From Chiloscyllium plagiosum (taxonomy: Eukaryota): DNA of 64,000 nt. Positions within the stretch are counted from its first letter, which is position 1. The number at the start of each line of letters is the position of its first letter. Location: the NCBI RefSeq assembly GCF_004010195.1, contig NC_057753.1:5636367-5700366 (forward strand), given 5' to 3'. A model generated the notes under the pieces. It did no database searches, was not told where the DNA came from, and was given only the letters and a program-made list of their open reading frames with translations. The position numbers and the translations under genes are program-made. Positions 12,042 through 24,375 of the stretch are shown piece by piece.

Positions 12042-14614
12042 CTGAAAATGATAGAAAAATAAATAAAGTGGAAGAGAAAGGCTGTGTATATATTCAAGAG
12101 CAAATGATTGCTACTAGTTTGACTCTTAAAATATCACAGAAAACTGTAAATATGTGCATTTGATGCATTTGAAACAGGTCCTGTCCTGTGATATATACCT
12201 TACTTTAGGGATTTTGTTTTGAGCAATTATCTCTATTACAATTAAGGCAAATCAATTACATAATGAAGTAAAATAATGTGACTAAACCAAACAGAAAACA
12301 GCAAGAAAACAGAATGATTGAAAGGAAAGTAATAACAAAGCATCTGTATTGACAAAATGTTACAGAACATATTAATACAGATGATGAACCAAATAATCAC
12401 CAATATGCTTGCAATTTTATGATGAAACTGATTACAACTTGCTGAGGATTGAAAATAGCATACCCAAACATTTACTCTATCTTTTTTTTTTTCATTGGAA
12501 CATAGAGGCATGTTTTTCTTCAATGTGCTGTTGACCAAAAATGAAAACGCAAATTTAGAACAAATGCTGATCATTCATGAAACAGCTCCTGCTCTTTTCC
12601 TTATACATCTATGAATGATCACTAACAAGACAGGTTTCTTCCAATAAATCTATACAAAAAAATTCAGTCAGAATGACTCGAAATTTTAATAATTGAATCA
12701 GTAAACTATTTGTGGAAATTTGGCTCTCCCTGTCAATGCCAATTGTACAAGACAGCTACATTTAGACAATGACAACAATGCAATTCACTTTCCAACAGGT
12801 GAAGTAGCATAATAGAAATATTTTCTTAAATCACCCATAGAAACACTGTCAACAAAACACAATTTGTTTGTGATATGTGAGTGATAATTCACCAACAGAG
12901 CCAGTACCAAAAGAGAAAAAAGGACATTTATTTTATCTCAATTCATAATAAAAATGTGATAAATCTCCTGTAGGAAAACTTGCAGCTCTTCTCACTCAAT
13001 TACAACACAAATAACAGAATACAATTCAGGTTACTTTGTAATATTTTCAATTTAAGAAATAGGACCTGAACAGTAAATGAGAGAAAATGTGTGACCAAAG
13101 GCATAATTGGGACTGGTCACAAAATCAAGCAACAGCATTAACCTGGGAGGGGTGGGTAAGTTCTGCAGTCCAGATGAATAACACTTGCTTGTAAATAGAG
13201 GAAAAGATATTTTGAGACAGTTTGGTTTATCGCATATATAGATAAATTATGTCTGCAATAGCAGTTAATTATAAGGTTAAATTGAGAAGAGCAGTCATAT
13301 CATGTTCAAACATTTTTATATAAAAGGAAAACAAAAAAAGAAAAACACTGGAGCATAACTAAAGAGCCATAAGTACAAGGAAGACAATAATCAATTAATT
13401 ACTAGTGGGTAAAATATCAAACAGTCATGCCCTAAAAGACTTTGATGAAATGCATGATGTGCATTCATGCTTCATTGATCAGATAGAGCTCTGAATATTA
13501 AGTGGTTACAAGGCAAAACTATCCACTCTTCAATCACTTCTCACTTAAATGTCAAGAATAAGAGCAGTTGGATGCTAATGATGTGCAATGCCCTTTCCCC
13601 ACTAAGGAGGTGAAAGGAGTACACAACACCCTATTCTGTTGCATCCTCCCTTACACCAGACATGTTGTTTCCTCAAGCGATTCCAACAGGGTTGACATCC
13701 AATGAACACAGCAAAAAGAAAATGGCGCAGCTGGCAGCAGTTTTGCCAGTCAGAACTGTTCACGTCTGGAAGACTCGAGAAGGGACGGACGATGCCCATC
13801 TTCAGAAAGAACACGTTGCAATGGAGACTCTCACTGAACCCGCAGCTGCAGATTCCGCTGTGGCATATCCGCGAATCTCTGGCACAGGGTGCGCGGATTG
13901 GGCACCCTTACAAGAACGATGGAGGATTGCATCTCAGGAATATGTGCAGTCAGAAATCGGGGTTAAAAAAGCAATTTAGAGATGCTGCTTTTGTCGTTAT
14001 CACCCCTAGAACGTAGCAGTGTACACTAATTCAGCCCATGTTGATCGCATTGCTGTAGAGCTCTGTAGAACTATCGGGGCTAATAGGGATGCACAGTTCC
14101 CAAATTAGCAACTGCAGGTGAACTGGAAACTAATAGCCTGCTGTTCCGGATAACACAGTTTTTCCTGCACATTCTTACTTGAACATTGTACATTATATGA
14201 AGAATGAAACGCTAGTCATAGCATAAGCAGCAAGAAAATTTAGAAAAGGGCGCACAATTAATGATGGATTACCCTGCCTCCATTAAAAAAAAAATAAAAC
14301 ATATATTTATCTCTTTTTCCTCCAAATTAATGTGGATCATTGTGAAAATAATTGTGTTGATGCATGAACTCAATGACATCTTAATACCTGTACTACTGAA
14401 ATATTGACATAAAATTATAGAATGAGAACCAAAGAAGATGAAGAAGGAACTGGGAAACACAAATGAACACTCAGCATCGAAGAATAACATCATTTAAGAA
14501 TTAGAGAAAGATTCATTGTGAATAAATTACAGACTATGCGTGGAAACATGGAAGAATATGTCATATGTCTCACTGAAGTTGAAAGCCAACTCCTTCAAAC
14601 AAATGTACAATTAT

Positions 14615-14756
14615 AAAATAAAAACCGAAAGAACTGCGAGTTCTGCACATCATGAACAAAAACAGAAGTTGCTGGAAAAAAGCTCAGCAGGTCTGCCAGC
14701 ATCTGTAAAGAGAAAGCAGAGTTACGTTTCAGGTCCGGTGACCTTTCCTCAGAACT
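14615..14756 (-). mobile_element. Penelope-like terminal fragment with near-intact hammerhead motif, inside the GPCR intron
   Basis: Minus strand agtt-CTGAGGA-aaggtcaccggacct-GAAA-cgt-aact at 14720-14756. Confidence 0.7.
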
Positions 14757-15784
14757 TAAAAGTATATTGGATTGTTGAAACTAGCGGTCACGTTTTCAAA
14801 AAAATATTCACAAAGAGAAGGGAACGAGTGGACAATTGACACCACTTTAAATTTTCAGACATAACGTTACGGAAGTTGCAATTTTAATGTTGACTTCCTT
14901 ACGTTATGATCATTTTTGTTGATTGTTTTGTTTTCTCTCAGTCAGTGGTGAGAACTTACCAAGTGGAAAATCCAATCGCAATTGAACATATTCAGTTAAT
15001 GTATTGGCATACTCATGCCCCTTCATTAGTTCCCAAGTGTAAGATATTCAAGTGGCTTATTCCTATCAATCATTAGCTCATTTTTGGTCATTACTCGCTA
15101 TAGTTGAAGAGGAAATGCAAAAGTAAATTTATACCATCCCAACAATTGGATTGCATACCTTTGAACAGTGACAACACAATGTCTCCACAATTTGCACCTT
15201 GCTTACGGTTAGTAACTCACACAAAGGAAGATTGTTCAAAGCACAGTGGCTTACACTTTCACAGGGACAGTAGAGTGATCATGAAACTTCAGTAACAATT
15301 CAAAAACACAGCAAAATTCGTTTCGATTGTGGCAAATATTCCAGTCAATGCAATACATAGGTAAACCTGTGACGTATCACACACCTTAGCAATGCCAGTA
15401 TTACACTAACACCTAGTAACAATTCAATAAGTAGTAGAACTGTAAAACCAACATGAATAATCTCTGCTCATAAAAGGAGAGAAATGGCACGGTTAAATGT
15501 CAGCTATAACACTGTTAATATAAAACAAAAACACAGCAATAAATTGAATAAAGTTTAAAGGTACAATTGTGTATTAGTACTGTGGAAGTGGAAATGCCAA
15601 AAAGAGGAGAAATTACAGCGGGTTAAATGTTAAGCAGTAATAATTATTTCCCATTAAATTGGAGAAAGGACGTGTGTTTGCGTGCATGTTGGAGCAAGAG
15701 ATGGTAATGCACTGCAAGTAAACGAAGAGAATGAACGCAGCTAAGCAATATTTCTCATATCCTGAATAAACCACACTACTTTAC

Positions 15785-15923
15785 CTGGAACCCCGATAGC
15801 TCCAATGATAGGATAATAAATTGCAAACACCAAGCCTTGTGGTACTCCGTGCATTTCTATCAGTCTTTCCGCGTGTATTCTTGAATGCACTGAAGCATTA
15901 CCAGTTTTATCATTCATGACCAT
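15785..15923 (-). CDS. GPR139-like GPCR exon 1 (N-terminus and first half of TM1)
   Basis: MVMNDKTGNASVHSRIHAERLIEMHGVPQGLVFAIYYPIIGAIGVP, then G|GTAA donor at 15784; in frame with exon 2; 347 aa from the ATG at 15923 or 324 aa from the ATG at 15854; NAS sequon. Confidence 0.85.
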
Positions 15924-16307
15924 CTCCAGGGAAGTAATTAGTTGGGTTCATGTCTGTTTTCTTATTTTAATTAAACTTTTTGCAACAAATAATTTATTGC
16001 AGCCGGTGCGTGTTTGGAAGAATGAACTTCGTTCTTTTTCAGGCGATCTGACATAAATCTAATGTGAAATGTACAGTCACGCACATTTCATCATTCATTC
16101 ACTCATAGCAGCCTGAATGGAAATGCCAGACAAAGCAATGGTGTTAATTGCTAACCGTGCGAAGAAATGCATATACCCTGAGGAAACTGCAGTCACCTTC
16201 TCGGCACTTATCAGTACACTGCTGTATGTTATCCATCAGACAAGCAGGAGGCTGGAAGAACACAGCAGGGCAGAAGTGGGTACTGCAGATGCTAGAGATT
16301 AGAGTCA

Positions 16308-16491
16308 AGATTAGAGTGGTGCTGGAAAAGCACAGCAGGTCAGGTAGCATCTGATGAGCAGAAAAATCGACATTTCAAGCAAAAGCCCTCCAGCAGGAAT
16401 TCCTGATGAAGGGCTTTTGCCCAAAACATCAATTTTGCTGCTCCTCAGATGATGGCTAACCTGCTGTGCTTTTCCAGCACCACTCTAATCT
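16308..16491. mobile_element. Fold-back (palindromic) Penelope-derived element
   Basis: 184-bp imperfect palindrome centred on caggaattcctg (16394-16405); CpG-decayed hammerhead in each arm. Confidence 0.85.
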
Positions 16492-16504
16492 GGGAGAAGA
16501 TAGC

Positions 16505-17172
16505 AAGCCAGGCAGCATCAGGAGGTGGAGAAGCCGACGTTTCGGGTGTAACTCCTCGTCAGGACTGGGGGTGGGTGTGGAGGGATCTGAAGATAAAGGG
16601 GGTGGCGGGGGCAGGGTGGTGAAGTGAGGATAGGCGAAGACAGGTAAAAGGGACGACCTGGTTGGTCAACAGGAGGAATGGATCCGGTAGGTGGCAGGGA
16701 GGAGTGGGAGGGAGTCGGGGATGGGGAAAAAGTCGGGGGAAGGCAAGGGAGGTTATTTGAAACTGGAGAACTCAATGTTGAGACCTCCAGGCTGTAGGCT
16801 GCCCAAGTGGAAGTTGAGGTGTTGTTCCTCCAAAAAGCAATTTGGCTCATTGTGGCAATGGAGGAGGTCAAGGATGGTCATGTCGGAGAGGGAGTGGGAA
16901 GGGGAATTAAAATGGGTGGTGACTGGGAGGTCCAGTCGGCCCTGCAAGCCCAGCTGCAATGCTCGGCAAACTGTTCCCTAAGCTTACGTTTGGTCTCCCT
17001 GATGTAGAGAAGACCACATCGGGAGCACCTGATGCAGTAAACTAGGTTGGAGGAGAGGCAGGTGAACCTCTGTCTCACCTAGAAGGACTGTTTGGGGCAC
17101 TGGATGGAAGTGAAGGGGGTGACGTACCAGCAGGCTTTGCATCCTTTCTGGTTGCAGGGGAAGGTACTCAGG
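16505..17172 (-). mobile_element. Penelope-like (Neptune-type) 3' part with GIY-YIG remnant
   Basis: FTCLSSNLVYCIRCSRCGLLYIRETKRKLREQFAEH; EEQHLNFHLGSLQPGGLNIEF. Confidence 0.88.
16532..16566 (-). ncRNA. Minimal type-I hammerhead ribozyme motif
   Basis: agtc-CTGACGA-ggagttacaccc-GAAA-CGTC-ggct; stem I agtc/ggct; stem II with one mismatch; palindromic ACGT stem III. Confidence 0.65.
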
Positions 17173-17299
17173 CTTTTAGGGGGTTTGGTGGGGAGAGCGA
17201 CACAAACCAAGGACTGGTGAAGGCCCAAGTGGCCTGAAAAGTGAATATAAAGTCCTGGAAAGACTATTCCATTCTCCCATTCCTCCATCTCCATCACAC

Positions 17300-18130
17300 G
17301 TGTTCCAATGATGCCAATTTGACGAGGGTGCATCCAAAATGACCACCTTCTTCTTCAACCAAGGATTCCCCATCACCATTGTTGCCAGGGCCCTCAACTG
17401 GGTCCTACCTATCTCCCGTACTTCGACCCTCACCCCTCTCCCTGCCCTCCCTCAACAGTGATAGCGTTCCCTTCGTCATTACCTCCCATCCACATCCAGA
17501 AGATCATCAGCCACCATTTCCGCCACCTCCAGTGAGATGCCACCACCAGACACGTATTTCCCTCCCCTCCTTTGTCTGCCTCTTGCATGGAATGCTCCCT
17601 CTGGGACACCCTTGCACCTACCCAAAGCCCCATGGCACCTTCCCCTGCAACTGCCGAAGGTGTAACACCTGCCCATTTATCTCCTCCCTCCTCAGTATCC
17701 AAGGATCCAAACACACCTTCCAGGTGAAGCAGTGCTTTTCTTACAATTCACACAATCTGGTCTCCTGCATTCGCAGCTCACTGTGTGGGAAATGAAGCGC
17801 AGACTGAGTGACCACTTCACATATCTCTGTCTCAGGCTTGCTGCAGTGCTCCAGTGAAGCTCAGTGGAAGCTGGAAGAACAGCATCTCATTTTCCACTTG
17901 GGGACTCTGCAGGGCTCAATATGGAGTTCGATAACTTTAAGACGTGAACTATCTTATGTCCTAGCCCTCACCCCCACACACCAGGCCTTGTGATCACACA
18001 GCCTGCTATTACACACTAGCCACTAACAATCTCACTTTCCTAGCCAGATCATTATCCACTCCTTTGTCTGTCTAACTGCTCTTCTCTCTCTGAGTTCTAT
18101 CACCATCCCTTCCTGCACCAAGAAGACTGT
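17300..18130 (+). mobile_element. Degenerate Neptune-type Penelope fragment
   Basis: GTFPCNCRRCNTCPFI...FQVKQCFSYNSHNLVSCIRS; KLEEQHLIFHLGTLQ. Confidence 0.8.
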
Positions 18131-18439
18131 GTGCGCAGGAAGTGCTACACAACATGATCTCCAGGTTTTGGAGCTCAAGAAGTGGCTGGAGATAATGCGA
18201 CTTATCTGTGAGACTGAGAGGTACTTCAACAAAACGCTTTGGGAGGTGGTCGCACTGAAGGGGATGAAGGAAAGAAAAGAATTGATGAACACCAGGCAGC
18301 CAAACAGACACAGGCAGGTTGTGCAGGAGCTGTGGAAACGGGGGAGAGTACAGGTACGTGTGGTCAGAGCCAAGCTTCTGGCACCACTAGCCAGAGTACA
18401 GAGGGGAGGAAGAAGAAAGCAGGAGCAATAACGAAAGGG

Positions 18440-19400
18440 AATTCCTGATGTGGAGGTGCAGGGGTGGACAAAGTTAAAAATCACACAACACCAGGTTATA
18501 GTCCAACAGGTTTATTTAGAAGCACTACTTTTTGGTGCGCTGCTGCTTCAGCAGTTAGCTAGTGGGGCAGGATCATAGGATACAGAATTTATAGTAAAGG
18601 ATCAAAGTGTCATACAACTGATATGATATATTGTACTAAGCTAGATTGCTGTTAAGTCTTTAATCACTTATAATGGGGATGCCGGTTTCAATGGATTAAT
18701 ATGCAAATCTCAGAACTTCTTTCAAGTCACGGTTCCGAGATAACTTCAGGTTTTATTAAAAAGAAAGGTGACATCTCAGCTCAGTCAAGGCATGAAAGGT
18801 CTGAGGTTAGAGTCTAACTGTACCCCAGCCTTGACTCAGACTGGTTCTATTTCCAAAGTAGGAATTTATGAAATGTCACGTGGACTGACTGCTTTCAGAT
18901 TCCAGGCTTTTTGAACAAAATAGAACGTATCTGCAAATGCAAATTCACCCTATAGACTTGTGTGTGCACTCGTAGGAGAGTGTGTGTGTGTGAGAGAGAG
19001 AGCATGTGCATGAGAGAGGGTCTGCGTGAGTGTGCTCCAGCGCATGCGTATGTGCGCTTGTGTGTGAGAGTATATAGTGTAGTGGGGTCACCTGTAATGT
19101 GACATGAATCCAAGGTCCCTGTCAAGGCCATCCTCTCAGGTACCAAACTTGGCTATCAGCCACTCTGCGTTGTTGCATAGCCCCAATTCCGCCTTGGAGG
19201 TCACCTGAAGATCTGATGCTAAATGTCCCTGACCACTGAAGTGTTCCCTGACTTTAAGGGAATATCCCTGTCTCGTGGTTGTTGTGCAGGGCCCATTCAT
19301 CCATTGTTGTGGCATCTGTTTGTTCTAGCCAATGTACCAATCCTTGGGGCATCCTTACCTGAAGCGTATGAGACAGATAACATTGGCAGAGTCACATGAC
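18440..19400 (-). mobile_element. Third Penelope-like family, 3' part with (GT/GA)n microsatellite
   Basis: Minus strand near 19320-19398 reads SCDSANVICLIR...CPKDWYIG (GIY-YIG); same terminus (aaatcacacaacaccaggttatagtccaac) as the fold-backs at 23.1, 39.3 and 60.5 kb. Confidence 0.75.
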
Positions 19401-19539
19401 AGGGAATTTGTTAGATGGGGGACTGACAGGCATTACCGTGGCCTCAGACGTAATTCCAGGATGGTGTGTTACCTTGCTAATACCATGGTCAGAAAAGCCA
19501 CTTAACAGCTGGAGAGTGTGACGAATACGGAGGATGACT

Positions 19540-21110
19540 AGGTTGTGGTATACATTGGAACCACTGACATAACTAAAATGAGGGATGAGTTCTTGCATCA
19601 AGTATTCAGGAAGTTAGACAGCAGATTAAGAAGCAGGACTTCAAAGGTTGTAATCTCAGGAATATACCTGCTTCCACAGCTGAGCGAAAGAAGAGGATAG
19701 AGCAGATTAATGCATTGTTCAAGAGAAGGTGCAGAAGGCTTTAGATACCCGGATCACTAGGACCCCTTCTGGGGAAGTGTGTCCACTGCAAAGAATAGGA
19801 TGAACATCATTGGAGGAGGATTTGGCTAGTGTTGTTTTGGAGGGGTTTAAGCTAGTTCAGCAGGGACAAGGGGATCACAGTGCAACTATAGGATAACATT
19901 AACACAGCATGACTGAGAAAAGGATCCAAGGCACAGCTGGTTCAGCCATGTGCTGTCTCTTGGGAGTAAGGCAATTCTGCATAGCCTCTGCTTTAATGCC
20001 ACGAGTATTAGGCACGAGATATAACATCGGAGTACCATGTGTCCAATGTTGTTGCCATTCCAGTGATATGATTGAGTAAGACTGGCAACTCAACATTCCG
20101 CGGTACAGGATCTTCAGGCAGGATAGGGGAGGGTGCAGGTTTCTCCCAATTAGTTTATTAGTTCAAACGTCAGTTCCTGCAGTAAGAAGGAACGATATTT
20201 TGGAAAGGTTGTCAAATGAGGTGTCATGGGTAGAATGTCAGAATAGCAAGGGGCTCTCACTTAGAGAAGTATGCTATACGGCCGCAAACAGTCAGTGAGC
20301 AGTTGTGAAGCACATATATACAGGACAACCTTGATTATCCAAAGGAGATGGGCGGGGGGTATTTCGTTCAGATAATTGATCTGATTGTAAACAAGCAGCA
20401 ATTTATGAGTGACAGTTATCTGACAATGCACGCCATAATGCTGTTTAACTGATAACTGAATGTTGAGTTGCCTAATGCTGTTTTTAAAGGATGTTGAGAA
20501 CTTGTTTAGATAATCCAAAATTCGGATAATTAACATTCAGAGAATCGAGGTTGCAATGTAGTCAATTCTCTGAGGCATGTAAGAATAATGACAGTGAATG
20601 CATTATGGGATTTCAATTACCCCAATATTAACTGGGATTATCAAAATTCACATGATTAAAAGGGGGGAGATTTCTTCAAATGTGTACCAGATAGCTTTGG
20701 ACGTCCAACAAAGGATGGTGAATCGATGGACCTAATTCTAGAAATTAAGCTGGACAGGTTTTCGAAATGACTGTACGTAAAGGAAAAGAGAGACATGGTG
20801 CAGACAAAATAACTGAACAAAGACTACGAAGTCCCTAGACATTACTTACATCCCAGGTTGAAGTGGGAGACAAGGGAGGAATCTACAGGGACCCTGTCTC
20901 AAATTTTCAAATTTCGCCGGCAACAGGGCATGTACCAGAGGACTCGAGGATAGCTTACGTGGTGCGACTTTGCAAGACTGGTGGTAGAGATAGACAAGTG
21001 ACTCCAGCACAGTGGAAACCACTGGAGAAAATACTGAAGGGGAGGAAGTCGATCTTGATTTAGAGCAAAGTTTTATCCGGGATAGTCAGCATGACTTTGT
21101 TAGACACGTT
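19540..21110 (+). mobile_element. Old CR1 5' region (ORF1 esterase plus start of ORF2), fragmented
   Basis: gttgtggtatacattggaaccactgac = VVVYIGTTD (SGNH-esterase-like); downstream DFNYPNINW and VPEDSR motifs. Confidence 0.65.
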
Positions 21111-21959
21111 AGACACAATACCACAAAAGCCCTAAACAACAAGTTTCAAGAGCTCCATGCACACGAGAGAGAGAGATAGGGAAAGTTCCTTCAAAAGGAA
21201 CTAATTTGCATTGGAGATATTAAGAAGGTTCAGCACCCTATTTCCACAGTGTGAAACTGGTGTATTTGGATCTTATATTAATATACATAGGAGTGCAGCA
21301 GAGCAGGCTAGTTAGTTCCTATTTATTAACATCTTGAAAGAACTTATTGTGGACTCAACTACTTATTCCCACATTCCCCAGACATCCTTTCACTGCCTTG
21401 TCTGTCAATAATCTATCTATCTCTGTGGTAAATATGTGCAATGACCTTGCCCCCGTCAATTTGTGGGGCAGAGTTCCAAAGATTCATGGCCCTGTTACAT
21501 AAAACATTCGCCTCGCCTCCATATTAAGATGGGGTCTTCCTATGTTCAAGAGTACCCTCTTGTTCTAGTTCCAATTACAAGAGGAAATAACCCTTGAGCA
21601 TCCACTTCCTATTCCTCAAAACAGGACACAACCCTAAGTTGCCATGACAACACAGTCCCATACCAGCAATCGGTTGAGTGAATCTTCTCCAAAGTACTTC
21701 CGACAGACACTGACCTTGTCTGGAAAAAAGGAGACTAAAACTGTACACGATATTTCAGATGTAATCTCACCGACACCCTGTCCAAAAAAATTCTTCCAAA
21801 ACATTGAACAAAATACCTTGCTTTCATATTCAATTCTGTAATGAAGGAGAACTTGCTGTACCTGCAAAAACATCTTAACTTCATTGGTGTACAATTGTCT
21901 CCATTTAAATCTTAATCCGGTTCACTACTTTTCCTGGCAATGTGAACAAGTGTTTTCCT

Positions 21960-22200
21960 TCTTTATTCATTTTGTGGGATGTGGGTGTCACTGGCTGGGC
22001 CAGCATTTATTGTCAGTCTCTAGTTGCCCTTGAGAAGCTGCCTTCCTGAATCGCTGCAGTCCACCTGCTCTGGGTTAACCTACAATGCCATTACAGAGGG
22101 AAGCCCAGGATTTTGACCTAGCAAGAGTGAAGGAATGATGTATTTCCACGTCAGGATGGGGAGTGGCTCAGACAGCAAGTTGAAAGTGATGGTGTTCTCT
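21960..22200 (-). mobile_element. L2/CR1-clade LINE or SINE tail
   Basis: tttattcat...gggatgtgggtgtcactggctgggccagcatttattg; same tail type as the SINE at 5428. Confidence 0.55.
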
Positions 22201-22626
22201 GAAAATGGAGCCACAGGTAGACAGGGCAGTGAAGGCGGTTTTGGGCACACTGGCATTCATCAGTCAGGGCACTGAGTATAGAAATGCAAAGTTATGTTGC
22301 AGTTGTACAGGACATTGGTGAGGCTGCATTTGGAATATTGTGTTCAGTTTTCATCACCTTGTAATAGGAAGGATGTTATTAAACTGAAAAGAGTGCAGGA
22401 GAAATTTACAAGGACGTTGCCTGGACTCAACGGTCCAAATTATAGGGAGAGGTTGGACAAGCTAGGCCTGTCTGGAGCAGAGAGTAAGGGGGATCTTAAA
22501 GAAGTGTACAAGATCATGACAGGCATGGATGGTGAATGCACTCAGTCTTTTACCCAGGGTTTGGGAATCAAGGACTAGAGGTTTAATGTTAGAGGAGAAA
22601 GAATAAAAGGGAATCTGACAGCCAAC

Positions 22627-22930
22627 GGTGGGTGGCATGGTGGCACAGTGGTTAGCACTGCTGCCTCACAGCGCCAGAGACCCGGGTTCAATTCCCGCCT
22701 CAGGCGACTGTCTGTGTGGAGTTTGCACATTCTCCACGTGTCTGCATAGGTTTCCTCCGGGTGCTCTGGTTTCCTCGCAAAGTCCAAAAATGCGCAGGTT
22801 AGGTGAATTGGCCATGCTAAATTACACGTAGTGTTAGATGAAGGGGTAAATGTAGGGGAATGGGTCTGCTGTTCGGTGGGGACTTGTTGGGCCGAAGGGC
22901 CTGTTTCTGCACAAAGTCATCTAATCTAAT
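22627..22930 (+). mobile_element. HE1 SINE, full length
   Basis: A-box tggcacagtgg, B-box gggttcaattcc, V-domain, (tctaa)n tail, caac TSD. Confidence 0.92.
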
Positions 22931-23087
22931 CAACTTATTTACAGAGAAGGGATACACATATGGAAGTGGTTGAGGTGGGTACATTGGCAACATTTAAAAG
23001 GCATTTGGACAAATTCATGAATAGAAAAGGTTTGAAAGGATCTGGGTCAAATGCAGGGAAACGGGGTTAATGTGGTTGTGCATTTTG

Positions 23088-23552
23088 TTAAAAACCACAC
23101 AACACATGGCTATAGTCCAACAGGATTATTTGGAAGCACTAGCTTTCGGATCACTGCTCCTTCATCAAGTGGTTGCGGACTATAAAATTGCAAGACACTG
23201 AATTTATAGCAAAAGTTTCCAGTGTGATGCAACTGAAATGATGTATTGAAAAAGACCTGGATTGTTTGTTACATCTCATCTTTAAGAATAACCATGTTGG
23301 TTTCAGTTCCTTCAACATGGTCATTCCAAACAAAAAAGAGACTAAACAAGGTCCAGGTCTTTTTCAATACATCATTTCAGTTGCATCACAGTCGAGACTG
23401 TTGCTGTAAGTTCTGTGACTTGCGATCTTGTACTCCACAACCACTTGATGAAGGAGCAGCACTCCGAAAGTTAGTGCTTCCAAAAAAACCTGTCGGTGGT
23501 GTGAGATATTTAACTTTGTACACCCCAGTCCAACATCAGCTCTTCCAAATCA
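23088..23552. mobile_element. Fold-back Penelope-derived element with a hammerhead motif in each arm
   Basis: Inverted arms; hammerheads at 23137-23171 (-) and 23442-23476 (+); TSD tgtgcattttg/tgtacattttg (23077-23087, 23553-23563). Confidence 0.85.
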
Positions 23553-23914
23553 TGTACATTTTGGTCAGCATGGACCAGGTTGGGCTGAAGGGCCTGTCTC
23601 CAAGCTGTAGGACTCTATGACTTTACTTCCCTTTTCCTCACAGACTCCAGCCTGTTTGCTAGTTCAACAAGTCTCACCTCGCTCACCTCCTGTGAAACTC
23701 CCCAATTTACTTCTTCCATCCCCAGGAAACCTTTAGTGACTGGAAGAGCTATTGCTACACAAGGCAGACCCTGTTTAGACCAACTGAATTCAACAGCTGA
23801 AATAAATGACACTGATGCATATCACTCTCTGCCTTGAGTCCAATAATCTTAAACCCAACCTGGAATGAGACAGTTTGATCTTGACAAGCACCCCCAGTTT
23901 GTCCATAAAGTATG

Positions 23915-24375
23915 AAGAAGGTGCGGAGGAATTTTACCAGGATGCTGCCTGGACTGGAGGGCTTGTCTCATGTAGAAAGGTTGAGGGAACTAGGACTTTG
24001 CTCTTTGGAGTGAAGGAGAATGAGACATGACTTGATAGAGGTGTAGAAGATAATGAGAGACACATATGGAGTGGATAGCCAGAGACTTTCCCAGGGCAGA
24101 AATGGCTAACAAAAGGGGCCATAATTTCAAGGTGATTGGAGGAAGGTTTAGGAGAGATGCCAGAGGTAAGTTCTTTATGCAGAGACTGGTGGGTGGGTGG
24201 AATTCACTGCCAGCGGTGGTAGAAGAGTCAGAGACATTAGAGATATTTAAGCGACTCTTGCATAGGCACACAGAAGATAGCAAAATGAATGACAGTTGGG
24301 TTAGTTTGATCTGAGAATAGGATAACAGGTAGGCACAACATCGAGGGCCGAAGGGCCTGTACTGTTCTATGTTAA
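23915..24375 (+). mobile_element. CR1 3' fragment
   Basis: RGHNFKVIGGRFRRDARGKFFMQRLV plus tail. Confidence 0.88.

Larger units (their letters stand above)
22200..23620 (+). mobile_element. CR1 3' fragment hosting a SINE and a fold-back element
   Basis: LYRTLVRLHLEYCVQF...RVQEKFTR; tail at about 23600. Confidence 0.88.

Noticed and set aside
11137..15923. Assigning the symbol GPR139
   Set aside because: Too divergent to call the orthologue without phylogeny or synteny
22627..22700. tRNA genes at A/B-box sequences
   Set aside because: They are tRNA-derived SINE heads continuing into the V-domain and LINE tail; no complete cloverleaf is evident
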